From contig JAHRHZ010000289.1 of assembly GCA_024137785.1 (NCBI GenBank), positions 32,538,417-32,602,416 of the forward strand: a stretch of DNA of 64,000 bases, given 5' to 3'. Source of the stretch: Ginglymostoma cirratum (lineage: Eukaryota). Positions 1 through 11,345 of this stretch are shown one piece after another. Position numbers and translations under genes: made by a program. How positions within the stretch are numbered: the stretch's first letter is position 1; every line of letters begins with the position of its first letter. Below the pieces are notes generated by a model. The model worked only from the letters and a program-made list of their open reading frames with translations, had not been told where the DNA came from and did not search any database.

Positions 1-127
1 ATAGGAGCAGGAAAACTTGACGTTTCGGGCCTAAACCCTTCACATCATGCTGCTTGACCTGCTGTGTTCATCCAGCCCCATGCCTGTTATCTCGGATTCT
101 CCAGCATCTGCAGTACCTTTTATCTCT
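1..127. mobile_element. Hammerhead-bearing short element, family A; collapsed head-to-head palindrome, truncated by window start
   Basis: 1-46 reverse-complements to ...GAAGGGTTTAGGCCCGAAACGTCAAGTTTTCCTGCTCCTAT; 47-127 is the + strand 3' part of the same family (ATGCTGCTTGACCTGCTGTGTTCATCCAGC...CTCCAGCATCTGCAG), matching copies at 4270, 11215, 44380, 61253. Confidence 0.85.
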
Positions 128-129
128 CA

Positions 130-1290
130 TTGCCGATCTCTTTACCCAGTTTTGCTCCAGATCCCCTGCCACTTTTCCCTAATAAAGAAGGGTCAACCTC
201 GGTCTTGAAAATTTTAATTGGTCCTATGCACACAATAATTTAGGAGAGCCAATACCTTTTGTGTAAAGAAGTTTTGCCTGATTTTATTCTTTAATGGCCC
301 AGATCTAATTTTAAGAATGTGTAATGTTATTCTGGATTCTACTGCCAGAGGTAACAGTATCTATCAAATTCCCTTACAGTTCTGAAAACCGTGATGAGAT
401 TTACTCTTGAATATCTTAACTGCAGGCTGTACAAACCATGCTTAAGCAAATTTCCCTTACGATTTAATTGTTCAAAAGCTGATGTAAGTCGGATGAATCT
501 GCATAGTCGTTTTTCTAAGACCAATATACATTTCCTGAGATGCTGTGCCCAAAACTGAACAGTGTACTCGTGTATAATCCAGTTATGGTCAGACCAAGTC
601 TGTGTATGACAGAAGCAAAATTTCCTAATTTCGGTAATTACTTTGATCTGAAGGACTAAAGAACATAATGTGAGCAGTATCTTTGATATTTTTCCGGGAT
701 CATGACATTAGTTTTTTAGTGAGCTATGCCTGTGAACAAAATCCATTTGCTCTTCCACAGCTTTTAGTATCTCATCATTAGTGTTCCAATTTGCCTTTTG
801 CAATGCAAAGTGAATAGCTTCACACTTTTGTATATTAATTCCCACCTACCATAGTTATACCCACACACTTGGTCTATTACATGTTTATATAATCTGCAGT
901 TACCTTTTAAGCAGTTTACTTTGTCTTCACACCTGGACATATTACTTCCCATTTATTCATCCAAATCAATTTTATATGCATTGAGGTAATGAAAGAAGGC
1001 TACCTATCACTTCTTACTAATAAGGGAATATCTCCTTTACTTAGATTTCTCTCCAAATTATCAATTCAGAACAGATTACCTCCTGTACTATGTATTTTCA
1101 TTTTCACTCATAATAACATGTTAAGTGAAATTTTAAATAGATACTCTCTTATCCAACTGCCAGTGATCTTCAAAGGATTCAACTGGATTAGTTAAGCATG
1201 ACCCACAATTCATTAATCCATGCTGAGTTTCATTTATCAGCTCATAGTTGCTCAAGTGCTCGTTCACTCTGTTTGGGTTGGTGTAGCTGA
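130..1290 (-). mobile_element. Old CR1 LINE fragment (RT C-terminal region and 3' end)
   Basis: ORF 339..524 LYSLQLRYSRVNLITVFRTVREFDR resembles the CR1 motif LFSLE.RRLRGDLIEVYKIMRG.D; many stops. Confidence 0.7.
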
Positions 1291-2039
1291 GAGGAGGTTG
1301 TTCTACTTTTCAATGAGCAGGAACATGGGAGAAAAGGGATGATTGTGGGGTGACACGAGAATTCGTTACACACAAGAAACTCCGAGGTCTGTGGAGTTTT
1401 AATTCAAGTGCACAACTTTTGGTTTTCTGCCTGGAAGTCAGCCGGATTGACAGATTTGGGTCAGGAACAGCTTAATCTGATCTCTAAGCCAGTGCAGGGT
1501 GGGAGCGATCTGATCCCTGATCTCAGGGCAGCAGTCCATTTAATGGGGGGAGCCTGATCTCACACTAGCAGCGATGTGGAATTTCATCTCCTGAGGGCTC
1601 CTAACAAATGATCAAGCTGCTGGTGGGGTTTGGTTGATAATGGAGGAGGAACTCTAATACTGTTGAGGGCCTGATATGTTTGTACAGGACATTTGATTGT
1701 GGGGGAGTGGGGGTGGAGTTAGCACTCCTGGTCCCCAGCAAGTTCATTGAAGACATTTACCTTATCCATGAAGCTTTCTTCATCTTGCTGCATTTGTCAG
1801 TTTCCTAGGCACAAGGCAATTCATCAGTCACAGAAAATCTACCAACTGAGTTAAATTTGAGACTTCCAACTTGATTAATATGTTGGGATGCCTGAATATT
1901 GTTACATTAGCAAAAACTGGAAGCCAACAGGTTGAAGTCAACATGCCGACTCCCTTGAAATGTTTGCCTATTTAATTCCACCACATGCATACAATCCAAC
2001 ACTTGCTCATCCTAAAATTTCCCCCAGTCTTTTGTGTCA

Positions 2040-2310
2040 AATTCCATGAACTTCCTCACAGATTGATATGATGCTGATGGGATACTTGTGACTCATTCCT
2101 TTTCCTACCTTATTAAATAATGAAGTAACATGTGTATTTTTCTAAACCAAAGGTATAATTTCTCAATTAATAAAGCTTCGGAAAATAAGTCTATTATAGC
2201 GACAAGTTCCTCATCTGTTTGTTTTAATACTCTAGGGCAGAAACTATCACATCCTAGAGATTCATCTACTTTAAAGTTCAATGGGTCAGACCTTGCCAGA
2301 ACAATAATTG
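2040..2310 (-). mobile_element. CR1 LINE fragment (pre-RT region)
   Basis: Minus strand translates KVDESLGCDSFCPRVLKQTDEEL, matching CR1 KVDKSPGPDG.HPRVLKE..EE (compare 17930-18010). Confidence 0.65.
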
Positions 2311-3048
2311 TATGTCAATGATGCACACTGATATTAAGATGAACATTGCTTGGCAAATTCTGGGGAGTAAGAGAAATGCTATGAGTTTTGAATCTTCAAA
2401 ATCTTTTGTTGATTTGTGCAGCTCCACTCGCACTTTCACAGAACAACATCTCGCCCTTAATCTCTCTATTTTTAAGAAAGCACAACATTTCCACAATAAT
2501 TTCCTACTTAACTCACTGCAGAAATTTTGGGTTGGAAATTAACAGTTCAAGTGACTTTTTAATGGCATGATCTTTGTTAATATAATGCCAATCAATCTCT
2601 CCGACCCAGAAAGGGAATGGGCGAAATGGTTCATTCACATTTTTAAAGGCAATACATTCATAGACTCCCTTATACTGCTGGTATGTGTCCCCTTCCTTCA
2701 ATATAAAAGCAAATTTGTATTTTTGTTTAAGGTGCAAAAGTGTTACAACAGGTCAGAAGTCCATATAATTTACTTTTATAATACAGATAATCCTTTAGTA
2801 TCTCATTGGATGTGCTACTGTGTCATCCATACAAGGAAAATCATGTTTTGTAATAAATGATTTCACTTGCTAGGAGCTGCTACAGGGATAATATTGCCAG
2901 CTTTTTAATGTCAGGTGATAATGGTTGCAGCTGACAGATCTTCTTTCCATGCTTGTGATACGGAACTTTTTACAGTGGGATGCTGATTTTAAACAGCCTC
3001 ATGTAGATGAATCCTATTTCTGCCCTTGTTTTAAACGCAGAACACAAA

Positions 3049-3165
3049 GGGTCTTATGAAGCAGTGATAGTGTCCCCACCTCTGTGCCAGGAGGCCTAGT
3101 TTCAATGTCCACCTGCTCCAGAGTTGTGTCATAACATGTCCGAGCAGTTTGATTAAAAATATCTA
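3049..3165 (+). mobile_element. Short tRNA-derived SINE-like element
   Basis: A-box-like GCAGTGATAG and B-box-like GTTTCAATGTCC; homologous inverted copy at 31652-31757 (shared ATAACATGTC.GAG.AGTT.GATTAAAA). Confidence 0.55.
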
Positions 3166-3354
3166 AATCCAAAATGAAAAGCAGAAATCAGAAACATCCA
3201 GCACACATCTCCTATCTTACCTAAATTAACCTCTGTTGTAAAACATTCCGTAACTCTGAATGTGAAACTAACAACCCTCAGTTACTCCTCTACTCCACGA
3301 CATACCAAAGGAATGGGCTTTCAGCGTACACACTGCTGACGTCCATAACTTGTT

Positions 3355-3705
3355 TTAGATCTTTCACTGGATGTAAGCATCAGTGCTAAGGCTGCTGTTG
3401 CTTAGCCCAGGTTGCTTTTGAAGAGAAACAAAAACAGAAATCGCTGGAGAAACCCGAAATGTTGACTCTGCTTTCTCACCACAGATGCTGCAAGACCTGC
3501 TGAGTTTCTCCAGCTTTTTTTATTTTTGTTTCATCTGCAGTTCTTTGTTTTTGCCTTTGAAGAGGTGGTGTTGAAACACATTGCTGAATTACTACAGCCC
3601 GTCTGGTGTTGTTACACGACCAGCACTGTTCGAAAGGGATTTCTAGGATTTTGACCCAGCCAGACAGAAGGAATGCTACTGCAATTCAATGTTAGGATGC
3701 TGTGC
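3355..3705 (-). mobile_element. 3' end of the CR1/L2-group LINE family seen at 47121-48102, interrupted by a family B element
   Basis: AGGGATTTCTAGGATTTTGACCCAGC and GAAGAGGTGGTG are reverse complements of the 47930-48040 region. Confidence 0.65.
3426..3550. mobile_element. Hammerhead-family short element, family B; collapsed palindrome with 14-bp TSD
   Basis: Left arm AAACAAAAACAGAAATCGCTGGAGAAAC is the inverse of the right arm GTTTCTCCAGC...TTTTTGTTTC; residual core CCCGAAATGTTGAC; flanks TTGCTTTTGAAGAG (3412-3425) and TTGCCTTTGAAGAG (3551-3564). Confidence 0.85.
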
Positions 3706-3707
3706 GG

Positions 3708-4258
3708 CGTTATGACAACAAATTGGAATGCTGGAATAATACAGAAATTTTTAGCGTTTAATTCAAGCATCTTGTTTTTTAGAAATGAGGACTGCTATAT
3801 GCAGGCATGAAGTCCATGTCCATCTGGTACAAATAGTATGTGGAACCAATGGGCTGTAACACCTGAAGAAACTTCAAACAGAGAGAGAGGGACACTGACT
3901 TGAGATAATGAGGGACTGCAGAACTTCTGCTCAACAGCAGGCCACCCCTGCAGTTTATGACCCAAACTGCAGAAACATTTTGTATTTTTCCCTTTGAAGA
4001 ATACACAGGGGTTAAAATGCCAGCTTCAGCTCTCAGGAATGTGCTGGTGAGAGTGAAGGTTTGTGTGTGTATCATGCTGAGTTTAACATTAAAGGGTGGT
4101 TGTGTGCTGTGAAGGTTACTGTTGATGAATTATCCCTGAGTCACACCTGTGTTGCATGTAAAGAACCTTTCATCTGAGTGCTGAAAGTTAGCTAGTTATC
4201 AACTATAATCTCTTTATTGGTTTATTCTAATGTTATCCAAATGACAGATGCCAACCTA
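3708..4258 (+). mobile_element. LTR-like repeat (partial), same family as 30600-31522
   Basis: 3985-4185 aligns by eye with the reverse complement of 31020-31230 (ACAGGGGTTAAAA, TGTGC.GTGAAG, AGTCAC..CTGTGTTG, CTGAGTGC). Confidence 0.5.
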
Positions 4259-4269
4259 ACATGTAGTTT

Positions 4270-4365
4270 TTCTGAAGAAGTGTCTAGGCCCAAAACGTCA
4301 GCCTTCCTGCTCTTCTGATGCTGTTTGGCCTGCTGAGTTCATCCAGTTCTACACCTTGTTATCTT
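4270..4365 (+). mobile_element. Hammerhead-bearing short element, family A, with TSD
   Basis: CTGAAGA-AGTGTCTAGGCCC-AAAA-CGTC at 4272-4299 (GAAA mutated); flanks ACATGTAGTTT (4259-4269) and ACATATAGTTT (4366-4376). Confidence 0.9.
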
Positions 4366-4379
4366 ACATATAGTTTCCA

Positions 4380-5180
4380 TGTTTTCTGCCACCTTTCTTC
4401 TTGGATAGAAGGGTTAGATTTACTATTTTCCTATTTAAGGGAATCTTCACTGAATTAAGAAACTTTGGATAAGTAATACCATTGTATTTACTAGCTCATT
4501 AGTAACACTTTTAAAACTCTAGGATGAAGTCTATCCAGAGCCAAAGACATGTCAGCCCACAGGTCCATCAGTTTGCTTAGTACCATTTCCCTCATGATTG
4601 TAGTTTCACTAAACTCTCTCCCTTCCACTTCTTTCTTAAGCTCGATTTCTAGAATGTTTCTTTTATCATCTATAATGAAGACAGAAGCAAAATATTTGTT
4701 AATTTTATCCACTATTTCCTTAATATCTACTACAAACTCCCCATTCTTGCTTTCCAGAGGACCATCATTCACTTTTCTTACATTTGACTTTTTTACCTTC
4801 CTGTGGAAACTCTTGCTATCCATTTTGCAAATTCGTAGTTAGTATCCACTCATACACCAATTTCTTCTTCCTGATTAAACTTTTAATCATTCTCTGCCAT
4901 TGTTCATATTTTGACCCATCATCTGACCTGATGCCATCTTTGTGCAATAATATGCTTTTCTGTTAAGTTTGATGCTTTCCCTAACTTCTGCAGTTAACCG
5001 TAGATGATAGGTTCTCCCTTCAGAACTTTTCTTTACAGTAGGAATATACTTCTTCTGAGTACTCTGAAATATTCCCTCAAATATCTGCCACTGATCTATC
5101 AATCTATCCTCTTGCCTAGTACACTAGTTCATTTCAGTTTGATCAGCTTTCATGCCCACATTGTCTCCCTTATTTAGATT
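4380..5180 (-). mobile_element. CR1 LINE ORF2 fragment (endonuclease-RT linker)
   Basis: ORFs 4491..4823 (DSKSFHRKVKK..GPLES..GE...INKYFASVF...LHPRVLK) and 4887..5102 (WQIFEGIF..QKKYIP) are typical CR1 ORF2. Confidence 0.85.
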
Positions 5181-5184
5181 AAAG

Positions 5185-5976
5185 AAAAATTGGGACACAC
5201 AAAGACCACAACTTTTAAAAAAAAATCTTTAATTTGGATTGTCGACTAAAATGGGAAAAGGATTGTTTTAACCCACAGACCATGGAAGGACTTGCTGCAC
5301 TTTTCAAAACAAGCTCCTGGAACTCATTGTGAGTTGTGTTTACACTGTTGCTCTTTTCAAGCAGTGGGGGAAGAGATCTAAAATGGGGAAGTGTGTGCAC
5401 ATGTGTGTGTTGTGTTCGGGGAGGGTTGTTGTCCAGACTGAGCTTCTCCTTTCCCAGTGACACATTGGTACTTGGCTTGTGCAATTGGGACGAATTGAAG
5501 ATGCCAAAAGTCATCAGCATGATAACTCACTGATTGGCTCCTGAGTGGGTGAACAGCCTGTCAATATGGGGAGAAGCCTCCAGATTGGAGAAAATAAAAC
5601 CTCTCTCTCATAACCAAAGCCTGGAAAAAAGCTAGTCATTCCCTTTCAATGGTTGCTGTAATCTGTTACTTCTGACCAGTAACTGAAAGACTTTATCATT
5701 TGTGTGCCAATTACTCTGTGTCTTTCAAAAGAAATGAAAGAATATAGAAGTAAGGAGATCAGAGGCCAAAAGGACTTGGGAAAGCATCAGATCCTGTGGA
5801 CTGGGGTTATTGAACTGTGTTTCCCTAAGAATTGTTCCCTCCACCCACATGATCTAGGTTTGTTTGTTTGTGTCTGTCTGTCTCTATGTATATGTCAGGA
5901 TTTAAGGAAAGGGATAGAGTTTCAACTATTAAAGTTACATGTTGATTATTCAAACTTTTGGTTTCCTGCTGTTACA
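5185..5976 (+). mobile_element. Possible solo-LTR-like repeat
   Basis: Non-coding block between two CR1 pieces, TG-rich tract, ends TGTTACA; no TSD confirmed. Confidence 0.3.
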
Positions 5977-6790
5977 TGCCATTTGCTGCAAACCACTGTG
6001 TCATTTCCCCTCACTACACTTTTCACTCCTACTTGTTACTGTCCCCCACTTGAATGGCTTTTTTTTATAGAATCATAACAGTGTGGAAACAGGCCATTAG
6101 GCCCAACAAGTCCACACTGCCCCTCAGAAGAGCATCCCACTCAGACCCAGTCCCCTACCCTTTCCCTATAACCCTGCATTTGCCTATGTCTAACCTACCT
6201 AATCTAAACATCCCTAGACACTACGGGTAATTTAGCATGGTCAATCCACATAACCTGCACATCTTTGGACAGTGGAAGGAAATCGGAGCACCCGGAGGAA
6301 ACCCACGCAGTCATGGAGAGAATGTGCAAACTCCACACAGACAGTCGCCCGAGGCTGGAATTGAACCCGGGTCCCTGGTCCTGTGAGTCTGCAGTGCTAA
6401 TCATTGAGCCACCATGCCACTTGACATATATCACTGCCATAGCCATTCTGCTCATTCACCCTGTAGCTCCTGCTCTCATTCAATGTGGCTGAGATGAACA
6501 TATTGGATAAATGCAGAGGGTGGTACTCCTGCCCTCTGGATCTCCTTAAATGCCTCACTTGCTGTCATATCCTTCTTCCCCAACCACCTCCTGGTACAAA
6601 GAATCTGGGTAACTTTCCCCCTCCTTGATGTGTCACGGTGTCGTAGTTCAACCTCCAGCTTGTAAACTGTGAGCTGAAGCTGCTTGAACTTCAAACTCCA
6701 CTATAGATGTGTTAGGTCTGAATCTTAATTGTATCCAGGAGCTCCCATATGCTAACACATCACCTATTCTGAGATCATTAATGAGCTTTA
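5977..6790 (-). mobile_element. CR1 ORF1 relic interrupted by an HE1 SINE
   Basis: ORF 6476..6694 (KQLQLTVYKLEVELR) resembles the CR1 ORF1 coiled region, preceded by ATATGGGAGCTCCTGGATAC (WELLD-like). Confidence 0.55.
6067..6420 (-). mobile_element. HE1-type tRNA-derived V-SINE
   Basis: Minus strand GGCATGGTGGCTCAATGATTAGCACTG...GGGTTCAATTCC (A/B boxes), core TGTGTGGAGTTTGCACATTCTC, CR1-like tail GGCCTGTTTCCACACTG..ATGATTCTAT. Confidence 0.9.
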
Positions 6791-7189
6791 ATTAAGCACT
6801 TAATTATACAATATTCATCACTTATTTGGTACTTTTTATGTATTCTATTAACTTTATCATCAACTTACACACTGTTAAAACTTAAGAATAAAAAAAACTT
6901 AACCATTTACCACAGACCCAAATAGTTTAGGGTGTCTGTGCAAGAAAGAATCTATTCCAATCAGCTTAAGTGAATCTAGTCCTATCTCTGACAACCCATC
7001 TTGGGGGTCCTTTTCTTGCCTGCTTCTCAAAATGATAAAGAAAGTCTGTCATGTGGTCCTCACCTCACCCCTCCTCTCTATGTGATACTTGCTAATTCTG
7101 TTGATATTTACTCATTGAAATGATATTGCTGAATTGAATAGAGCAAATTAAATTGAATAGAATGGTTCGTCTCAACTGGTTGAATTCAG

Positions 7190-7632
7190 CACAGTCTGCC
7201 TGAAAGCAGATGGGGAATCACATCAGGATAAGGAGAGTCCTTATATGGCCAAGCCAATGGAAAAATATGGGATAAGCTGACCAACTTACACCTGATTGTG
7301 CACGCAACTAACCAACTGCATCCAGATAAAAATTGTTCGTGAGCACTTTCACAAGCTATATCGACACATAAACCTCTAAAAATTCCCACACTACAGCATT
7401 CAAGGAAGTAGACAACACCATCTTTAAGTTCACCTCCAAGTCACTCAACATCCTGACTTGAAAACATATCTTTATTTGTTAGGTCAAAATCCTGGAACTC
7501 CCTCTCTAATGACATTGTGGATTGGAGAGTTCAAGAAGGCAACCCACCACCACTTTTCAAGGACAACCAAGGGTGGTCAATAATTGCTGGATCAGCCACC
7601 AATGCTCACATCCCATGTGTGAATAAAAAGAA
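7190..7632 (+). mobile_element. CR1/L2-group LINE 3' fragment (47121 family)
   Basis: GGTCAAAATCCTGGAACTCCCT, GTTCAAGAAGGCAACCCACCACCAC, CACATCCCATGTGTGAATAAAAAG match 47930-48100. Confidence 0.8.
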
Positions 7633-7913
7633 CCTGACAATGGAAAGTGTAACAGTGAACAATCCCTCCTAAGCCATCTACAGTCAACTCAGATTGATCA
7701 CTTGAGATGGAACCGTATTGAAACTGTTTTGTTTAAAATGTGTTGAATTTAATGTAAGATTGTGTCAATCATAACATCTGCTCTCCAAATTGAAGAAAAA
7801 ATTAAAGCTCCTTGAAGCCATATTCAGTCTCACCTCAGCTCTTGATTTTGTCTATCAATAGCAATTGGTCGTACAGAACACAAGTACTCCTGAAAACAAA
7901 AAAAAACACATTT

Positions 7914-7954
7914 TGCCAAAACGTTTCATCTTGTACTCATCAAGATATTTGGCA
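7914..7954 (-). ncRNA. Degenerate minimal hammerhead ribozyme motif in the PLE terminal repeat
   Basis: Minus strand TGCCAAATATC-TTGATGA-GTACAAGAT-GAAA-CGTT-TTGGCA; flanking TGCCAA/TTGGCA can pair; first core base is T rather than C. Confidence 0.6.
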
Positions 7955-8250
7955 TGAGCACAAATTCAAGGGGAAAATCAATTTATACTGCATGAGAGTT
8001 CTGATTCGTTGGCAAATGGACTCTGATTTGTAGAGGTAATGCAATGGAGATTTTGCCCAATAATGCTGATTGGAGTTAACAACCAGGCTTTGTTGAATTT
8101 TAAACCAGCCAGGTTGACTCTTATTGGTCAAAGCATTGTCCTGAGCAATGAACCAGCAAATGGCTGTCACCTATTTTGTTGATTTGAAATATATGCATTG
8201 CATGTACATATTCAGTTTGTAAAGAATAAAGCTTATGTATTAATATAATA

Positions 8251-8427
8251 GTAGACGCAGACACGTTAGTGTCTTTTAAGATGTATCTGGACAGGTACAT
8301 GGATAGACAGGGAGCAAAGGGATACAGACCCTTAGAAAATAAATGACAGGTTTAGACAGAGGATCTCGATTGGCGCAGGCTTGGAGGGCCGAAGGGCCTG
8401 TTCCTGTGCTGTAATTTTCTTTGTTCT
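8251..8427 (+). mobile_element. Young CR1 3' end inserted into the PLE GIY-YIG coding region
   Basis: TTTAAG..GTATCTGGACAGGTACATGGATAG...GGCTTGGAGGGCCGAAGGGCCTGTTCCTGTGCTGTAATTTTCTTTGTTCT; removing it restores EATY-INT; same tail as 32933-33401. Confidence 0.9.
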
Positions 8428-8952
8428 ATATGTAGCTTCTAGTTCAAGAAAGCGCCCCGTACTCCAGGACCGATTGACAACTCTCAATTGGTTGTCAGCA
8501 TAATCCCTCGCACATTCTGGATTATCCTGCAAATGTTGTCCAATTGCAGAATCACATCTCACACTCTGCTGTGAGCTTTACTATTATGGGTTGGTTGGAT
8601 ATAGTCAGTACCTTGCTTGTTGTGCACAGCTGGAGGAGCATACTGTGTGACAGAATCCACCAGTCTTTGGAATGTACAGCTTAAATATCTGGCATCACAC
8701 TGACATTGAAATTCACATACCACATTACTCACCTGCGTGATAGGCAGAATATCTTTCTGGCTTCATGGCATCATTATGTTAATGGAGAATACCAGCAATA
8801 TGAGCCAGCTATCTTCATCTGTTGCTCAAACATTTAAAATACCTTTCCCTTTCAGGGTAATCTGAGGTGGACTACGAGCTTTTCTCAATCAGGAATGCCT
8901 GCCTGCGGGCAATCTGTGACTGTGCAACGTAGAGCAAGAAATGACCCGATTA

Positions 8953-9255
8953 GAGAAGTCAATATCCTGCAGGGTGGCAGAAGGCAGTTAAGAGTCAATC
9001 CCATAATTGTTGATGGGAGTCACATGTACGCCAGACCAGGTAAAGATGACAGATTTAAGGGCATTAGTTTACCAGATTTTTTTTGATTGTTTCACAGTCA
9101 CTATTACTGAGACCAGTTCTTTGTTCCAAATTTGTAAATTGGATTTCACATTTGACCAGCAATCACACGGGGACTTAAACATGAGGACTAAGACCATTAG
9201 TCAAGGCATCTATGTTACTAGCTAAGTGATATTATCATGGTATCACCATCTCTCC
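8953..9255 (-). mobile_element. tRNA-headed SINE (family of 48438, 52612, 56450), partial
   Basis: AGGCAGTTAAGAGTCAATC...GAGTCACATGTA.GCCAGACCAGGTAAAGATG.CAGATTT shared with those copies. Confidence 0.75.
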
Positions 9256-10104
9256 CAATCTGAGGATTTTACTTTAGAGATAAATAATTTTTGTCAATAG
9301 TTTGTCTTGCATTAGGATCAACACTTAGAGAACCAAAGAATGGATTTTTATAACTGTCTTAGGGACTTTTTTTATAGAATTGTGGAATTTCCTATCACCA
9401 CCTGCATAAATCTCACACTATGAAATTGATCTGTGGATTGTATTTGTCTGAGCTCTTTGATATGACGTTCCTTTGATACAATTATATTATCGGTAAATGG
9501 AATTAATGAAGCAATTCCAGAGAATATATCCAATCCTGATTGTGAAATAGTCACTATTATAAGTGCACAATCATTCTGGCTTGAATTTTATGCCAACTGG
9601 CAGAATCTTGTTCAATTTTACTCTCGTACCCATATGAATCCAATATAAACAGATGTAGGGATCATCATCTCTTCCAACTAATTAAAATAAATCTGGTTTG
9701 ACTTCAATCAGCTTCCTTGGCTTCAGTTTGCAGCACTAAACTATTTCTAACGTGTCGCTGAAATTAACACAACTGGCAGGTGTGCGAATGGAAGTGGAAT
9801 GGCACAGTAAGGAGTAATTTTCTGAGGCTGCTTTTCAGGTGCATTAAGAGGTCAGTACACAGGGTGTGCAGCATTACCTCGGCCTGCAACCTGTGAAGTA
9901 CCTTTCAATGCTTAATGTGATGCTTATTGCCTTAAGAATGAAACATTTTATTCTCCAGCATGGGCATTCATTGAACGTAGACTCATGCCTACAATTTTCA
10001 CAGATACTATTAAAAAAACACAGACAGGGTATTACAAGTAAACAAGCACGAGTGTGCATCTGGCTCTGGAAAGAATAAATCTGCTCAGTTTAGCCACAGC
10101 CTCT

Positions 10105-10600
10105 GAATCAGTTTGCAGTCCCATGTACCTGACATTCTTTCCTGCCCTTTCCCTGTAGCCCTGCATTTTTTTTCCTTTCAATGATTTATCAAATTCCATT
10201 CTGAAAACCCCAATTGAACCTACTTTCACAATGCTTTCAGGCAGTGCTTTCCAGATCATAGCCACCCTTTGTGTAAAAAATTTTGTGCATTGCCTTTGGC
10301 TCTTTTACTAAGTACTTTAAAACTGTGTTCTCTGGTCTTTGACCTTTCTGTCAATGGAAATTGTTTTCCTCTATCTCTATGCTCTGCCTGGACGTTTTCT
10401 TGAAGGAGAACAACACAGTTTCTCCAAAACTGAATTTCTTCATCCCTGGGATTTTTATGGTCAACCTCTTCTACATCCTCTCTCCTGCCAACACATCCTT
10501 CTCAACATGATTTGCCCAGCATTGCAACATTATACTGTACTTGTGACTGGACCCGCGTTATACAAAGATACATCCTAACTTACCTGTTTTTATGAGCCAG
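10105..10600 (-). mobile_element. CR1 3' fragment
   Basis: ORF 10032..10265 IWKALPESIVKVGSIGVFRMEFDKSLKGKKMQGY is the CR1 ORF2 C-terminus. Confidence 0.8.
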
Positions 10601-11214
10601 ACTTCCTCTTTGAGGTGAAAATTGCAAGTTTTCTTGACAGATTTCCTGATGTTGCATTCCATGCTCCTTCCTGGCAGTGCCTACTCACATCATTGCCATG
10701 GTGATTTTGAGGGATTGAGCTGGAGATGGAATTGTCACCTCTTGAAGCAAGTCCGAAGGATGACAGTAAGTGGATGCTGAGGGGGACCAGTTAGGAGGTT
10801 CAACTCCATTCATTGAGACATTGGGGCAATTCGGTCCATAAGTGTTAGGTACCCAAACCTTCATCCTCTTACATTCCACCTCCACATCGCCGTCCACGTC
10901 ACCTCCACACCCACAACCCCCAAATTTTATAATTACCCCTTCATACCCTCTGGGCCCCTCATCCATAAGCCCTGCAACAACATTTGGAAGTTTGAGAAAT
11001 ATTCGTCTCGAGGATAAAGTACTCTAATGCATGAACATTTTCACAATGGTGGTCAATTTAATAAGCACTTACCATTTCAGAACAAAAGTCTATCATCAAT
11101 CACAGCATTAATAACATACTTAACTTTTCATGTATTATAACATGGGAAATTATGAACTTTTTAAAAATTGCCAGTCAAAAGACTCCTGACTCCAGAATGA
11201 CTCCTGACTCTTCA

Positions 11215-11345
11215 TTTTCTGAATAAGGGTCCAGACCTGAAACGTCAGCTTTCCTGCTCCTCTGATGTTGCCTGGCCTGCTGCCTTCATACAGCTCTACA
11301 CCTTGTTATCTCAGATTCTCCAGCATCAGCAGTTCCTACTATCTA
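11215..11345 (+). mobile_element. Hammerhead-bearing short element, family A, with 13-bp direct repeat flanks
   Basis: CTGAATA-AGGGTCCAGACCT-GAAA-CGTC at 11219-11246; TGACTCCAGAATG at 11187-11199 and 11346-11358. Confidence 0.9.

Larger units (their letters stand above)
7890..8945 (-). mobile_element. Penelope-like element relic: linker, GIY-YIG endonuclease, 3' terminal repeat
   Basis: Minus-strand translation with stops/frameshifts: VHLRLP*KGK..FEQQMK; KDILPITQVSNVVCEFQCQCDARYLSCTFQRL; CDSAIGQHLQDNPECA...LEATY|INT...EYVHAMHIFQ; typical PLE GIY-YIG layout (VVY..C.C...YVG.T..RL; SAI..H; LE..YI). Confidence 0.85.

Noticed and set aside
2513-2860. Protein-like ORFs (HLKQKYKFAFILKEGD...)
   Set aside because: No family recognised and no supporting exon boundaries
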